The notes beneath the pieces are model-generated. The model saw only the letters and a list, made by a program, of their open reading frames with translations, did no database searches and was not told the DNA's origin. Of a DNA stretch of 34,606 nucleotides, positions 15,727-24,600 are shown piece after piece (positions within the stretch are counted from its first letter, which is position 1; each line of letters opens with the position of its first letter). Source of the stretch: Nanobdellota archaeon (GTDB lineage: Archaea > Nanobdellota > Nanobdellia > Pacearchaeales > GW2011-AR1); the NCBI GenBank assembly GCA_038044245.1, contig JBBTAK010000032.1:1-34606 (forward strand). Direction: 5' to 3'. The position numbers and the translations under genes were made by a program.

Positions 15727-16926
15727 ATGCCTGGAAAATTTTATAGAAAAGTCCTGAAAAATGGGTTAACCATCCTTTTTGAGAAGAGAAACCTTCCCAT
15801 TGTAAGTATTGGAATTGCTTTTAGATATGGGGGAGTAAATGAATCTGCATCTGAAAGGGGAATTTCACACTTTATAGAGCACATGCTCTACAAAGGGACT
15901 AAAAATAGGACATCATCCCAGATTTCTCAAGAAATAGAAAAAAATGGGGGAGTCATGAATGGTTTTACAGATGAAGAAATAACTGCTTTCTGGTGCAAAA
16001 TGCCTTCAGACAAGTTGTACATAGCCCTAAATGTTTTAACAGATATGGTAAAAAACTCTCTTTTTTCTTCAAAAGAAATGGAAAAAGAAAGGAAAGTTAT
16101 CTTTGAAGAGATGAAAATGGATTATGACAATCCACAAAGATATGTTCTCGATCAGATACAGGGACTCCTATATGAAAAACCTTTAGGAATTCCTCTAATA
16201 GGCAATTATGAAACCATGAATCCTATTGACAGAACAAAACTTGTTAAAAGATTTCAAGATGCATACCATCCAGATAATACAATTCTTTGCATTGTTGGAA
16301 ATGCAGATTTCTCAGAAATCGTAAAATTTGCGGAAAGTAATTTTGGGAAGGGAAAATCGCGGATAAATAAACAAAAGATAATCCTAAAAAATAGGGAGAA
16401 AATAGAAAAAAGAAAAGGAATAGACCAGGCGAATCTGGTTTTCGCATTCCATTCCCCCCTCTCAACAGACAAGAAAGTGTATGCTTCAAAGGTATTGATG
16501 GCTATAATGGCTTATGGAATGTCATCCAGACTTTTTAGGGAAATAAGAGAAAAAAGAAACCTTGCCTATGCTATTTTTGGAGATACCAACGCAAACAAAG
16601 ATTTTTCATATAATTACATTTATGTTGGAACCACGAAGGAAAAAGTGGAAGAAAACAAAAAGATCATCCTTGATGAATTCAAAAAGGTGTCTAACGAATT
16701 AACAGAAGAAGAGTTGGACTCAACCAAAAATCAGCTTATAGGGAATTATAAAATATCCATGGAAAATTCGGAAACGCAGATGAATCATCTTCTTTTTTAT
16801 GAAATTGACAGAGATGTTAAGGAATTTTACGAATTTGAAAAGAAAATTAGAGAAGTAAGGCTAAAAGATGTCAGAAATCTTGCAAAAATAAAGAATTACA
16901 GCCTTTTTGCCCTTGTTCCGGAATAG
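15727..16926 (+). CDS. M16-family (pitrilysin/insulinase-like) zinc peptidase
   Basis: Inverted zinc motif HFIEHMLYKGT (HxxEH), a downstream EE..M acidic region, and a two-domain length of about 400 aa. Confidence 0.85.
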   Translation: MPGKFYRKVLKNGLTILFEKRNLPIVSIGIAFRYGGVNESASERGISHFIEHMLYKGTKNRTSSQISQEIEKNGGVMNGFTDEEITAFWCKMPSDKLYIALNVLTDMVKNSLFSSKEMEKERKVIFEEMKMDYDNPQRYVLDQIQGLLYEKPLGIPLIGNYETMNPIDRTKLVKRFQDAYHPDNTILCIVGNADFSEIVKFAESNFGKGKSRINKQKIILKNREKIEKRKGIDQANLVFAFHSPLSTDKKVYASKVLMAIMAYGMSSRLFREIREKRNLAYAIFGDTNANKDFSYNYIYVGTTKEKVEENKKIILDEFKKVSNELTEEELDSTKNQLIGNYKISMENSETQMNHLLFYEIDRDVKEFYEFEKKIREVRLKDVRNLAKIKNYSLFALVPE

Positions 16927-16970
16927 CCAGATATAATCAGATTTAAAAATATCCCATTCTGTTGGATTTC

Positions 16971-17783
16971 ATGCTCATAGTCAAGGTTCCCGGCATAAAT
17001 GGTTTGGGAAAAACAAAGGGATGCGAAAAAGCAGGAAATGCAGTTCTGGAGTCCCTCAAGGAAATTTTCAGCAATGAGCAGGGAAAACCCATTGATGTAA
17101 GATTGCTGGATCTTGAAGAGATTCATCTGGATAATTCTGATTTGGAAAGAGCAAATCATCTCATATATAAAAACGCCCTTGAAATTTTTGAAATTCAGCC
17201 AAAAACAATTTTCCTCGGTGGAGATCATTCAGTAAGCTACTCCTTGGGGAAGGCCTTTTTTGATTACTGCCGGGCTTCAGGAAAAAATCCCTGCCTGATT
17301 GTTTTTGATGCGCATCCCGACTGCATGCCTGCTGTTCCCGAGGATTCCAAAACACCCACACACGAAGAATGGCTTAGATCACTCGTTAAATATGGATTTC
17401 CTGCAGAAAATATTCTTCTTGTTGGAATAAGAAATTCAGACCCATCTGAAACAGAGTTCTTATCGAAGAACAGGATAAGAGTCATAGGAATGAATCAGCT
17501 TATGGAAGATATTGCAGACACGTGTGATACAATAATGGAGTTTTCCAATCAAAAAGAACTTTACCTTTCTTTAGACATAGATGTTGTTGATCCTGCATTT
17601 GCTCCGGCTACTGGATATTTGGAGCCCGGAGGACTGACTAGCAGACAGTTTTTATACCTGATTCAAAGACTGAATAGGGTAAAGAGCCTTAAGGCAATAG
17701 ACATTGTTGAGATAAATTCTGAAAAAACTGGAGCTGAAACAACGGTAAAGTTAGGGTCAAAGATTTTGTCAGAATTCACATAA
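16971..17783 (+). CDS. arginase-fold ureohydrolase (agmatinase/arginase family)
   Basis: Metal-binding motifs occur in order: GGDHSVSY, VFDAHPD, SLDIDVVDPAFAP. The ATG at 16971 is 20-29 nt downstream of ATTTAAAAAT. Confidence 0.8.
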   Translation: MLIVKVPGINGLGKTKGCEKAGNAVLESLKEIFSNEQGKPIDVRLLDLEEIHLDNSDLERANHLIYKNALEIFEIQPKTIFLGGDHSVSYSLGKAFFDYCRASGKNPCLIVFDAHPDCMPAVPEDSKTPTHEEWLRSLVKYGFPAENILLVGIRNSDPSETEFLSKNRIRVIGMNQLMEDIADTCDTIMEFSNQKELYLSLDIDVVDPAFAPATGYLEPGGLTSRQFLYLIQRLNRVKSLKAIDIVEINSEKTGAETTVKLGSKILSEFT

Positions 17784-17812
17784 TTTATAAATTACTTTTT
17801 TCTAAATAAAGT

Positions 17813-18391
17813 ATGAAACTCGTCCATAAAAAGCTGGCTTTGCTTATACTTTCAGACGTACTCATCTTGAGCAGTTTCGGGCTCATAGGCCCTATTTTTG
17901 CTGTTTTCATAACGGAAAATCTTGTTGGAGGAACCCTGATCACTGCAGGACTTTCTACGACAATCTTTTTAGTTGTAAAATCCGCTGTCCAATTGCCCTT
18001 ATCAAGATATTTTATCGATAAAGAAAAGCATAAGACCCGCTCTCTTTTGGCAGGAACTTTTTTGATAATCACTGTTCCATTCATCTATTTTTTCGCTCAT
18101 AGCGTTTATACTATTTTTATTGCCCAGGCTGTTTACGGGCTTGGAGCAGCGCTTGCCTATCCTGCATGGTTCACACTTTTTACAACATACATAGACAAAA
18201 AACATAAGGGCTTTGAATATACTTTATGGAGCACTGCCGTGGGTGCCGGAACAGCTCTCGCAGCCTTTCTTGGGGCAGAGGCAGCTCATGTCCTTGGATT
18301 CAGGGTTTTATTTTTCATCGTCGGATTCATAGCATTCCTGGGTTTTTTGAACCTTATCATTCTTGACAGAATAGAGTCCAGAAAAAAATGA
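17813..18391 (+). CDS. six-TM MFS-like half-transporter
   Basis: 192 aa with 6 hydrophobic spans. The loop LSRYFIDKEKHKTRSL sits where the MFS G-x-x-x-D-R-x-G-R-R motif lies. No partner half is adjacent. Confidence 0.4.
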   Translation: MKLVHKKLALLILSDVLILSSFGLIGPIFAVFITENLVGGTLITAGLSTTIFLVVKSAVQLPLSRYFIDKEKHKTRSLLAGTFLIITVPFIYFFAHSVYTIFIAQAVYGLGAALAYPAWFTLFTTYIDKKHKGFEYTLWSTAVGAGTALAAFLGAEAAHVLGFRVLFFIVGFIAFLGFLNLIILDRIESRKK

Positions 18392-18927
18392 ATGTTGTAA
18401 GGACCTTTATTTCTATAGATTTGCCGGAAAATATCAGAAAGGAAGTAGCAAGAATTCAGCAAACGCTTCCGGAATTCAAAGGGAAACTCACAGAAACAGA
18501 GAACCTTCATTTAACTCTTAAATTTCTGGGCAATATAGGTGAGAAGACCTTATCTGAAGTTAAAAACAGGCTTAAGGAAATTAATTTTGAGACTTTTAAA
18601 ACAAAAATCTCGGAGATAGGGGTTTTTTCCCCAGACAACATAAAGATAATATGGATAAAACTTGACAGCTGTGAAGAGCTGCAGAAATCTATCGATGAAG
18701 AACTTTCAGGCATTTTTGAAAAGGAAAAAAGATTCATGAGCCATCTGACCATTGCAAGGGCAAAAAAAATCAAGGGCAAAGAAAAATTTCTGAACGACCT
18801 TAAAAAAATGAAGATTCCCTCTGGATTGGGCTTTGAGGTAGAAAGTTTTAATCTTAAAAAATCAACTTTAACATCAAATGGGCCTGTTTATGAAACTCTT
18901 GGCACTTACTACCTAAAAAAACAATAA
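18388..18927 (+). CDS. thpR: RNA 2',3'-cyclic phosphodiesterase (2H phosphoesterase, LigT/ThpR)
   Basis: Two HxTx motifs (HLTLKFLG and HLTIAR) with the expected spacing in about 180 aa. ATGA overlap with the upstream gene. Confidence 0.85.
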   Translation: MNVVRTFISIDLPENIRKEVARIQQTLPEFKGKLTETENLHLTLKFLGNIGEKTLSEVKNRLKEINFETFKTKISEIGVFSPDNIKIIWIKLDSCEELQKSIDEELSGIFEKEKRFMSHLTIARAKKIKGKEKFLNDLKKMKIPSGLGFEVESFNLKKSTLTSNGPVYETLGTYYLKKQ

Positions 18928-18959
18928 ATGTTTAAATACATCTGAACTTTTTTTATAAA

Positions 18960-19235
18960 GTGGAAATCGCTGATAAACCTTCACAGCTCGAAAAAGAGGT
19001 TAAGGAAAAAATTAAAGGATTAGTCGCAATGCTCGCCGAAGACTTTCTGAGAGAAATGAAAGGAAATCATCATAAAAGAGTAATAGGGCTGCTAGGTTCT
19101 AACGAGACTATCCTAAATTTTACGAAAGAAGAATTTGTTGAATATTTTAAAAGAGTAGGGGAGAATGTAGATGTCTTTATAGGAAGAGGAAACTACCCTA
19201 TAAATGTTGACTATTTTCTTAAAAATTTCTCTTAA
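18960..19235 (+). CDS. hypothetical protein
   Basis: 91-aa ORF with a GTG start about 25 nt downstream of TGTTTAAATA. No motif recognised. Its stop overlaps the convergent nuclease gene's stop (TTAA). Confidence 0.4.
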   Translation: MEIADKPSQLEKEVKEKIKGLVAMLAEDFLREMKGNHHKRVIGLLGSNETILNFTKEEFVEYFKRVGENVDVFIGRGNYPINVDYFLKNFS

Positions 19236-19927
19236 TAATGCTTCTGCTCGATAATTCTTAAAATATTATCGGCCTTTTTTCCTATCTCTTTTTTTAAATC
19301 CTCGGCCGAGGCATTGATTACATTCTTTATTGTCCTGAACTTCTTTAGCAATTTTTTTGCGGTTTTCGGGCCTATTCCTGGAAACCCCTCAATAATATAC
19401 TGGGCTTGCTCTTCTATGCTGCGGACCTTTTTTGTGGCGTTTAATGGCGATTCTCTTGTCTCTTTTTTTGCCAGAACAGAAATAAATTTTGCCGTGTCTT
19501 CATGGTTTTTTGTGAAAATTATCGGAACGCGGTAATTAAGGAGAACAGACAGAAGGAAACCCCTTACCGAGTTTGGATGCATTCCAAAACCCTTTTCTGA
19601 AAAATCTTCAGAGTAAATCTCCTGCTCTTCTATTCCTTCAATTATTAGAAGCCTGCTTTCATATTGTTGCAATTCTTCGAGCTGCTTCAGAAGCCTTCTG
19701 TTTTTCATGGAGCTGATGAAATCAGAAACGGTTTTTCTTTCTATGGCTGTTCCCTTTACCAGATAATCAGCCACCTTTAATTCCTTTACTTCAACATCAA
19801 ACCCAAGGCTTATCAGTTCCGGAATTATCAGGGAATTCTTTTCCCTGTAGTCAACAACTATTTTTGGTTTTTCCTTCTCTTTTTCAGGAAACTTCTTTCT
19901 TGAAAAAATATTGAAAATTTCTTTCAT
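19232..19927 (-). CDS. ERCC4/XPF-type nuclease with C-terminal (HhH)2, the nuclease half of a split Hef
   Basis: VVDYRE...ADYLV..AIERKTVSDFISSM..RLLKQL is the ERCC4 signature. The C-terminus has GFPGIGPKTAKKLLKKF...ASAEDL. An AGGAG Shine-Dalgarno motif lies 4 nt upstream of the ATG. Confidence 0.85.
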   Translation of the reverse strand: MKEIFNIFSRKKFPEKEKEKPKIVVDYREKNSLIIPELISLGFDVEVKELKVADYLVKGTAIERKTVSDFISSMKNRRLLKQLEELQQYESRLLIIEGIEEQEIYSEDFSEKGFGMHPNSVRGFLLSVLLNYRVPIIFTKNHEDTAKFISVLAKKETRESPLNATKKVRSIEEQAQYIIEGFPGIGPKTAKKLLKKFRTIKNVINASAEDLKKEIGKKADNILRIIEQKHY

Positions 19928-19987
19928 TTGGCTCCTGGACGAATGAATGAAAATCTTTGATTTGCTTTCATTTGACTTTTAGGCTTT

Positions 19988-21565
19988 TTATTTCAGGGTT
20001 TTTTGAAAATCCTCCTCTTCCCCGTTTTTCAGTTTTTCCTTTATGGAATGTATTGCAGAATGCATTTTTTTCTCTTTTGCTCTTGAAGCATAGAAATAAG
20101 CCTCATCCCTTGTTTTTCTAGTTATAAGCATTATCAGTTTTCCCTTCATCAATCTTGCTGTTCTTCCTGCTCTTTGGATAGCCCTTATTGCAGAAGCAAC
20201 AGGCTCGTAAAAAACAACGACGTTGACCTCTGGTATATCAAGGCCTTCTTCACCTATGCTTGTTGCGCAGAGGACATTTATCTCTCCATTAGAAAATTCA
20301 TTGATTATCTTTTTTTGCTCTTTTTGGCTCAATCCTAAAATTTCTTTATCTTTGGAAACACTGTCTACAACAGCTTTTTTCGCCTGCCCTATAAAAATCT
20401 TAGCTTTTACACCATTCAGGCTGTTAAGAGTCTTGCAGATTATTCTTGCAGTTTCCCTGAATTGGGAAAAAACTATTATCTTTGCCTTTTCATTTTTTTG
20501 GAATTCTTTTTCTATTATTTTTCCGAGAGCTTCCAGTTTGGGATGCTCTTTTTCCTCCGCTAAAAGTTTTGAAGACAAGGAAAATGCAAAACTAAATTCA
20601 GGTTTTGAAACAAGGCGAACGACTCCTTTGTTTTGTTTTTTTGCAGCCTGGTTCATAAGCTCCTTAAGATACTTGTTAAACCCCTGAATAGTTTGTGTTT
20701 CCAGCAGTTCAAGGGCGTGCTGTAATTTTACAGCCTGTGCGCAGGCGCTCGAAGCCAGAAGATTATTGAAATTCTTATTTCCCCTTAGAATGCTGAGCAT
20801 CAGCCTTTTCTGTAAATTTATCAGCTCTGTTTTTGTCGGAATTCCAAAGAAAACTTTCCTGTTTCTCAGCTCGCCTACATAGGAATTAAAAAGCCTGAGA
20901 AGGGCGTCTCTTATTTTTTTATATTCCTCTGGAAGCTCAAGCATGACCTTTTCAAATTTTAGTTCCTGGAGATAAGGAGCAACGTCAGGGCTTTCTCTAG
21001 TACGCAGTTCGACCTCTTCTATTGAAAGATTTTCACAGATTTCCTTGATTTTTCCTATGTCTGCACCAGGAGAAGCAGTTAATCCTAAAATTCTTGAATG
21101 TTTTGATGTTTCTATATATTTCTTTGCAACATAGTTATAAGAGTAATTCCTGAAACACCTGTGGGCTTCGTCTTCTATGAGAAGGCATACATCTTCAACA
21201 TTGTAAAGGCCTTTTTCAATGTCATTGGCAACGCACTGGGGAGTTGAGAAAACTATGTCTGCAGTTTCCCAGATTTCCTGCCTTTTTTCCGAGGGAACAT
21301 CTCCAGTAAACAATTCCAGAGAACCGAAAAGCTCTGGAAGATTTTTATTAAAATAAGAAAGGTGCTGTTCTGCAAGCGGCCTTGTCGGAGCAAGGAAGAC
21401 AACTTTTTCCCCTGGAAATTTCTTCATTCTCTCAACAGCAAGCATAAGAGCTATCATTGTTTTCCCCAATCCTGTCGGGAGAACAACAAGGCAGTTTTTT
21501 CTCGTGCAGGTCTCAAAAATCTTTTGCTGATATTCCCTTGGCGAGATTTTTTCCAAAAATTCCAT
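19988..21565 (-). CDS. Hef/FANCM-type superfamily-2 helicase, the helicase half of a split Hef
   Basis: PREYQ, motif I PTGLGKT, motif II DEAH, TASPG, an inserted helical domain, and the C-terminal RecA domain (VFSQFR, SIGEEGLDIP, QRAGRTAR). Confidence 0.85.
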   Translation of the reverse strand: MEFLEKISPREYQQKIFETCTRKNCLVVLPTGLGKTMIALMLAVERMKKFPGEKVVFLAPTRPLAEQHLSYFNKNLPELFGSLELFTGDVPSEKRQEIWETADIVFSTPQCVANDIEKGLYNVEDVCLLIEDEAHRCFRNYSYNYVAKKYIETSKHSRILGLTASPGADIGKIKEICENLSIEEVELRTRESPDVAPYLQELKFEKVMLELPEEYKKIRDALLRLFNSYVGELRNRKVFFGIPTKTELINLQKRLMLSILRGNKNFNNLLASSACAQAVKLQHALELLETQTIQGFNKYLKELMNQAAKKQNKGVVRLVSKPEFSFAFSLSSKLLAEEKEHPKLEALGKIIEKEFQKNEKAKIIVFSQFRETARIICKTLNSLNGVKAKIFIGQAKKAVVDSVSKDKEILGLSQKEQKKIINEFSNGEINVLCATSIGEEGLDIPEVNVVVFYEPVASAIRAIQRAGRTARLMKGKLIMLITRKTRDEAYFYASRAKEKKMHSAIHSIKEKLKNGEEEDFQKTLK

Positions 21566-21579
21566 TTTTGATGTTTTCT
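21555..21579. repeat. direct repeat copy 1 (AAAAATTCCATTTTTGATGTTTTCT), includes the hef start codon
   Basis: 23 of 25 positions match 21820-21844. The reverse complement contains ATGGAATTTTTGGAA (MEFLE). Confidence 0.8.
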
Positions 21580-21625
21580 TTTAAAGAAGCATAATATTTT
21601 TAAACTCTCTCTCTTCATTTATAAG

Positions 21626-21802
21626 ATGGGAAGAGGAATTGGGATTGTTCTCTTGATTATAGGAGTAGGACTCACTTATGCAGGATTAAAAGGACTGGAA
21701 CCATTTGACGATATTGCCTTCACTGCTTTAGGAATCCTCTTTACTGTCCTTGGTTTAGGATATACTATCTTCTCAAGACCAAAATATCCTCCGCGATATT
21801 AA
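21626..21802 (+). CDS. 58-aa two-TM hairpin membrane protein (untracked small ORF; paralog of 32294..32470)
   Basis: My own translation: MGRGIGIVLLIIGVGLTYAGLKGLEPFDDIAFTALGILFTVLGLGYTIFSRPKYPPRY. It has the same length, MG[RK]GIG start and topology as the ORF at 32294. Confidence 0.55.
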   Translation: MGRGIGIVLLIIGVGLTYAGLKGLEPFDDIAFTALGILFTVLGLGYTIFSRPKYPPRY

Positions 21803-21819
21803 TAATCAATATTTCCTCT

Positions 21820-21844
21820 AAAAATTCCATTTTTAATGTTTTTT
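21820..21844. repeat. direct repeat copy 2 (AAAAATTCCATTTTTAATGTTTTTT), a pseudo-5' end of hef
   Basis: The reverse complement reads ATGGAATTTTTAGAGGAA (MEFLEE) and hits a stop after 21 codons. Confidence 0.8.
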
Positions 21845-21961
21845 ATATTCTTTATCTTAATAATCAAAGTTTTATCTAAAAATCTCTTAAGTTATAAATA
21901 TTTTATTAAAATAAATTATTATTCACTATTTCATCGGTTTATTTCTAAAAAATCAGAAAAA

Positions 21962-22168
21962 TCACTTACTTCTTATGGCAAATGCCCCAAGAATGATGGA
22001 GCAGATGACAAGAACAAGGCCTACCATGGAAACAGTGCTGACAGGGTAGCTTCCATCAAGTATCGTGTTTCCTGAAATCCCTCCCCTGTCAACAAAAAGA
22101 AAACCTGTAAAAAATGCAACAACAGCCAATATCAAGAATATGCCTTTCTCCTTAAATGAGTTTTCCAT
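21962..22168 (-). CDS. small two-TM membrane protein
   Basis: 68 aa with two hydrophobic spans separated by DRGGISGNTILDGS. Starts 1 nt after the stop of the upstream gene 22170..22622. Confidence 0.5.
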   Translation of the reverse strand: MENSFKEKGIFLILAVVAFFTGFLFVDRGGISGNTILDGSYPVSTVSMVGLVLVICSIILGAFAIRSK

Positions 22169-22169
22169 A

Positions 22170-22622
22170 TTATATTAACTCCTGAAGCGTCCTACAAGCA
22201 TTTCTGTATGTAGGGTGGGAAATTATTTTATCAGGAAGATTTGATAAAGGAATAATCCTTATGTCAAGCCTTTGCAATGTTTCCTGTAATGTGTCTACAT
22301 TTATTTCGTTTGCTTTTCCATTGGGCAATCTTTTGACACTCCCCCCAAACAAAATTCCAACCAAAATAAAAGGATGCATTAGCTTTTTCTGCGTGATAAC
22401 ATTATTTATTATTGTTGCTTCTTTTGGATTGATAAGAATACAATACTCTTCTTTCTTATCTCTTCTAATTCCCAAAAACGTTATATCTTCTCTCCCTGCA
22501 GAATGAAGTGTACTATAACCAGTCATATAAAGAAATCCTTCATATTCTATTATTGGTAAACTTGCTTTTATTGTGTTTCCAACTTCCAAATCTTCAAGCT
22601 TCTGAAATTCTTTTTGCTGCAT
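22170..22622 (-). CDS. hypothetical soluble protein
   Basis: 150-aa ORF in an operon position between two minus-strand genes. No motif recognised. Confidence 0.5.
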   Translation of the reverse strand: MQQKEFQKLEDLEVGNTIKASLPIIEYEGFLYMTGYSTLHSAGREDITFLGIRRDKKEEYCILINPKEATIINNVITQKKLMHPFILVGILFGGSVKRLPNGKANEINVDTLQETLQRLDIRIIPLSNLPDKIISHPTYRNACRTLQELI

Positions 22623-22661
22623 ATTATTTATTATATCTTTTATTGTTTTTGCCTTTTCTTT

Positions 22662-23288
22662 TTATACAAGGAAGAAGGCATATCCTATCCCTATCAAAAC
22701 TAAAGTAGCTAGGAAACTCCACATCACAATGTTCCCGGAGAAAATCTTGTTTCCGTCAAGATCTGAAATTGGAATCATATTAAAAAAAGCAAAATAGACT
22801 CCGAGCCTTGCAAAAGTCGGAAATCCGAGGAAATAAGCTATAACAGCTGCGGCAAGGGTTACAAAAACTCCTGTTGCTGCAATCAGGCCTATATGTGATT
22901 CAGTCATTTCTGAAAAAGAATAAAGGCCGTGTCGTTTTGGCGAGTTACCGTAAGCCTTTGGCTTCACGTCAAATACCATTGAGGCCATCCAGAACAATCT
23001 TCCAAGGGAAACCAAGGAAATTATTACGGGAAGGAATATTCCGATTTGAAAAGGATTTTTAAACTCGCCGCTGCTCTTGATGCCGTATCTTTCTATCTGC
23101 CATGGCTTAATTTCTATCTCTGAATCAAGATAAAAGGCAGCTATTTTTTTCCCAAGGATGTTTAATGCAAGAATCAGAAATACAGCCAAAAAAACTTTCT
23201 TGAAGGCATCTATTTTCAAAGCACTTATTGTCAGAGAAAGAACTAAGGTAAGAACAAGAAAAGTCCCTATTTCTTTTTTTTCAAGCAT
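22662..23288 (-). CDS. site-2-protease (M50)-like membrane protein without an obvious HExxH
   Basis: FNMIPISDLDGNKIF matches the M50 NxxPxxxLDG motif within a TM. Where HExxH is expected, only MTESHIGL is present. Confidence 0.4.
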   Translation of the reverse strand: MLEKKEIGTFLVLTLVLSLTISALKIDAFKKVFLAVFLILALNILGKKIAAFYLDSEIEIKPWQIERYGIKSSGEFKNPFQIGIFLPVIISLVSLGRLFWMASMVFDVKPKAYGNSPKRHGLYSFSEMTESHIGLIAATGVFVTLAAAVIAYFLGFPTFARLGVYFAFFNMIPISDLDGNKIFSGNIVMWSFLATLVLIGIGYAFFLV

Positions 23289-23453
23289 GTTTACTTAATG
23301 ACGGCATTTCTTATAAAGTTTATTATTTTATGCTTTATCATATTTTCTTCTCCTTTTCCTCTTTTTTTCTTGCTTTTTTTGATGCAAAAACTTTTTGTCT
23401 GGATTTATTCAAATTTGCCCAAATTTTTTAATATACATTAAATCATGGAAAAG

Positions 23454-23461
23454 TATTTAAA
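23454..23461 (+). promoter_or_regulatory. BRE/TATA promoter core (GGAAAAGTATTTAAAT) for the PRC-barrel gene
   Basis: TATTTAAA lies 29 nt upstream of the ATG at 23483. The same GAAAnnTATTTAA core recurs at 23941, 24604, 24664 and 24724. Confidence 0.6.
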
Positions 23462-23482
23462 TCGGTATGATTGATTTTTATT

Positions 23483-23767
23483 ATGAGGGTAAGGAAGATT
23501 ACTGACGTCATAGGATTGAAGGCTTTCACCGATTCCGGAGACTTTTTTGGGCAAGTGGAAGAAGCAAATCTTGTTGACAATAAAATTGACGGATGGAAGA
23601 TAAAAGTCGGAGGAAGCGTCATATCACTGATAGGCGGAGCAAGAGGAGTGATAATCCCGCACCAGTTCGTTAAGGCCATAAGCGACGTGTTCATAATAAA
23701 CAAGGCAGCACTTCCAAGCCCAATAGAAGCAGAGATAGAGGAAGCTGTTCCCGGAGATTTAGTTTAG
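23483..23767 (+). CDS. PRC-barrel domain protein
   Basis: MRVRKITDVIGLKAFTDSGDFFGQVEEANLVDNKIDGWKI...IIPHQFVKAISDVFII. The ATG at 23483 is preferred over the tracked TTG at 23471. Confidence 0.65.
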   Translation: MRVRKITDVIGLKAFTDSGDFFGQVEEANLVDNKIDGWKIKVGGSVISLIGGARGVIIPHQFVKAISDVFIINKAALPSPIEAEIEEAVPGDLV

Positions 23768-23944
23768 AAAGGCAATTGAAAATTGAAAAGAGAACGAAAC
23801 AGGCTGATTTTTGATAAATTTTAATGGAATAATCATAAACCATAAACAATTCATAAATTTAAGATGACTTTTCCATAAGATTTCCCCAATAACCCTGTTT
23901 TTAAAGCTGAAATACCCATCAAATATTTTTTCATAACATAAAAA

Positions 23945-23952
23945 TATTTAAA
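23945..23952 (+). promoter_or_regulatory. TATA box (AAAAATATTTAAAAGG) for 23976..24479
   Basis: TATTTAAA lies 31 nt upstream of the ATG. Confidence 0.55.
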
Positions 23953-23975
23953 AGGCTTGGCTCCCTATGATTTAA

Positions 23976-24479
23976 ATGCCTGAAACAATACTCCAGCACT
24001 GGGTTCTTGTGAATTTTGCCTATCCATTTCTATTGCTTTTTTTCATAGTTTTTGGAATTCTTGAGAAAACAGAAGTCTTTGGTTCTGGAAAAAAACAGCT
24101 GAATGCCCTCATAGCATTCATTATCGGCCTGATTTTTATAAGCTTCATTAATCCAAAGCTAGTTGTCGCAAATCTGATTTTGTTCCTCACTGTTGCCGTA
24201 GTTGTCATGTTTGTCGCTTTATTGTTATGGGGCTTCATTTCTGGAAAAGATGGTCTGCAATTTAAAGATGCCAATAAGGGGCTCAAATATTTTATAGGGA
24301 TAGTCATTGTTATTGCAGTCATTCTTGCAACTTTATGGGCATTGGGAGTTCAGGGATCTTTCTTTGATTTCCTGTTCAGATCAAGCTGGAGCGAGGAATT
24401 CATTACAAACATTGTTTTCATAGCTGTCGTTATAATAGCAATGGTTGCCATAATAAGAGGCGGAAAAAGCAGCAGTTAG
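23976..24479 (+). CDS. polytopic membrane protein, PFLLxF-VFGIL-K-VFG family (paralog A)
   Basis: 167 aa with about 4 TM spans. The block FAYPFLLLFFIVFGILEKTEVFGSGKKQLNALIAFIIGL aligns with the next gene. Confidence 0.6.
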   Translation: MPETILQHWVLVNFAYPFLLLFFIVFGILEKTEVFGSGKKQLNALIAFIIGLIFISFINPKLVVANLILFLTVAVVVMFVALLLWGFISGKDGLQFKDANKGLKYFIGIVIVIAVILATLWALGVQGSFFDFLFRSSWSEEFITNIVFIAVVIIAMVAIIRGGKSSS

Positions 24480-24600
24480 GAAGATTTTATTTCTATTGGA
24501 AACAAGATAAAGTGAAGTCAGATTTTTAAAAAAGAGGATAAATTCCAGTAATGATGGCTAAAAATGATAACCTGTCCTTTGTGAATAATATCTTTTTATT

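Noticed and set aside
19928-19990. Stop-codon readthrough or recoding that would join the Hef helicase and nuclease into one protein.
   Set aside because: Two in-frame TAA codons lie three codons apart, the linker translation has no conservation signal, and a good AGGAG ribosome-binding site precedes the nuclease ATG. All other genes in the window end normally at TAA, TAG or TGA.
24550-24585. Possible C/D-box sRNA (AATGATGG ... ATGATAA ... CTGT).
   Set aside because: The box sequences deviate from RUGAUGA and CUGA, the C-D'-C'-D order and spacing are wrong, and there is no terminal stem.
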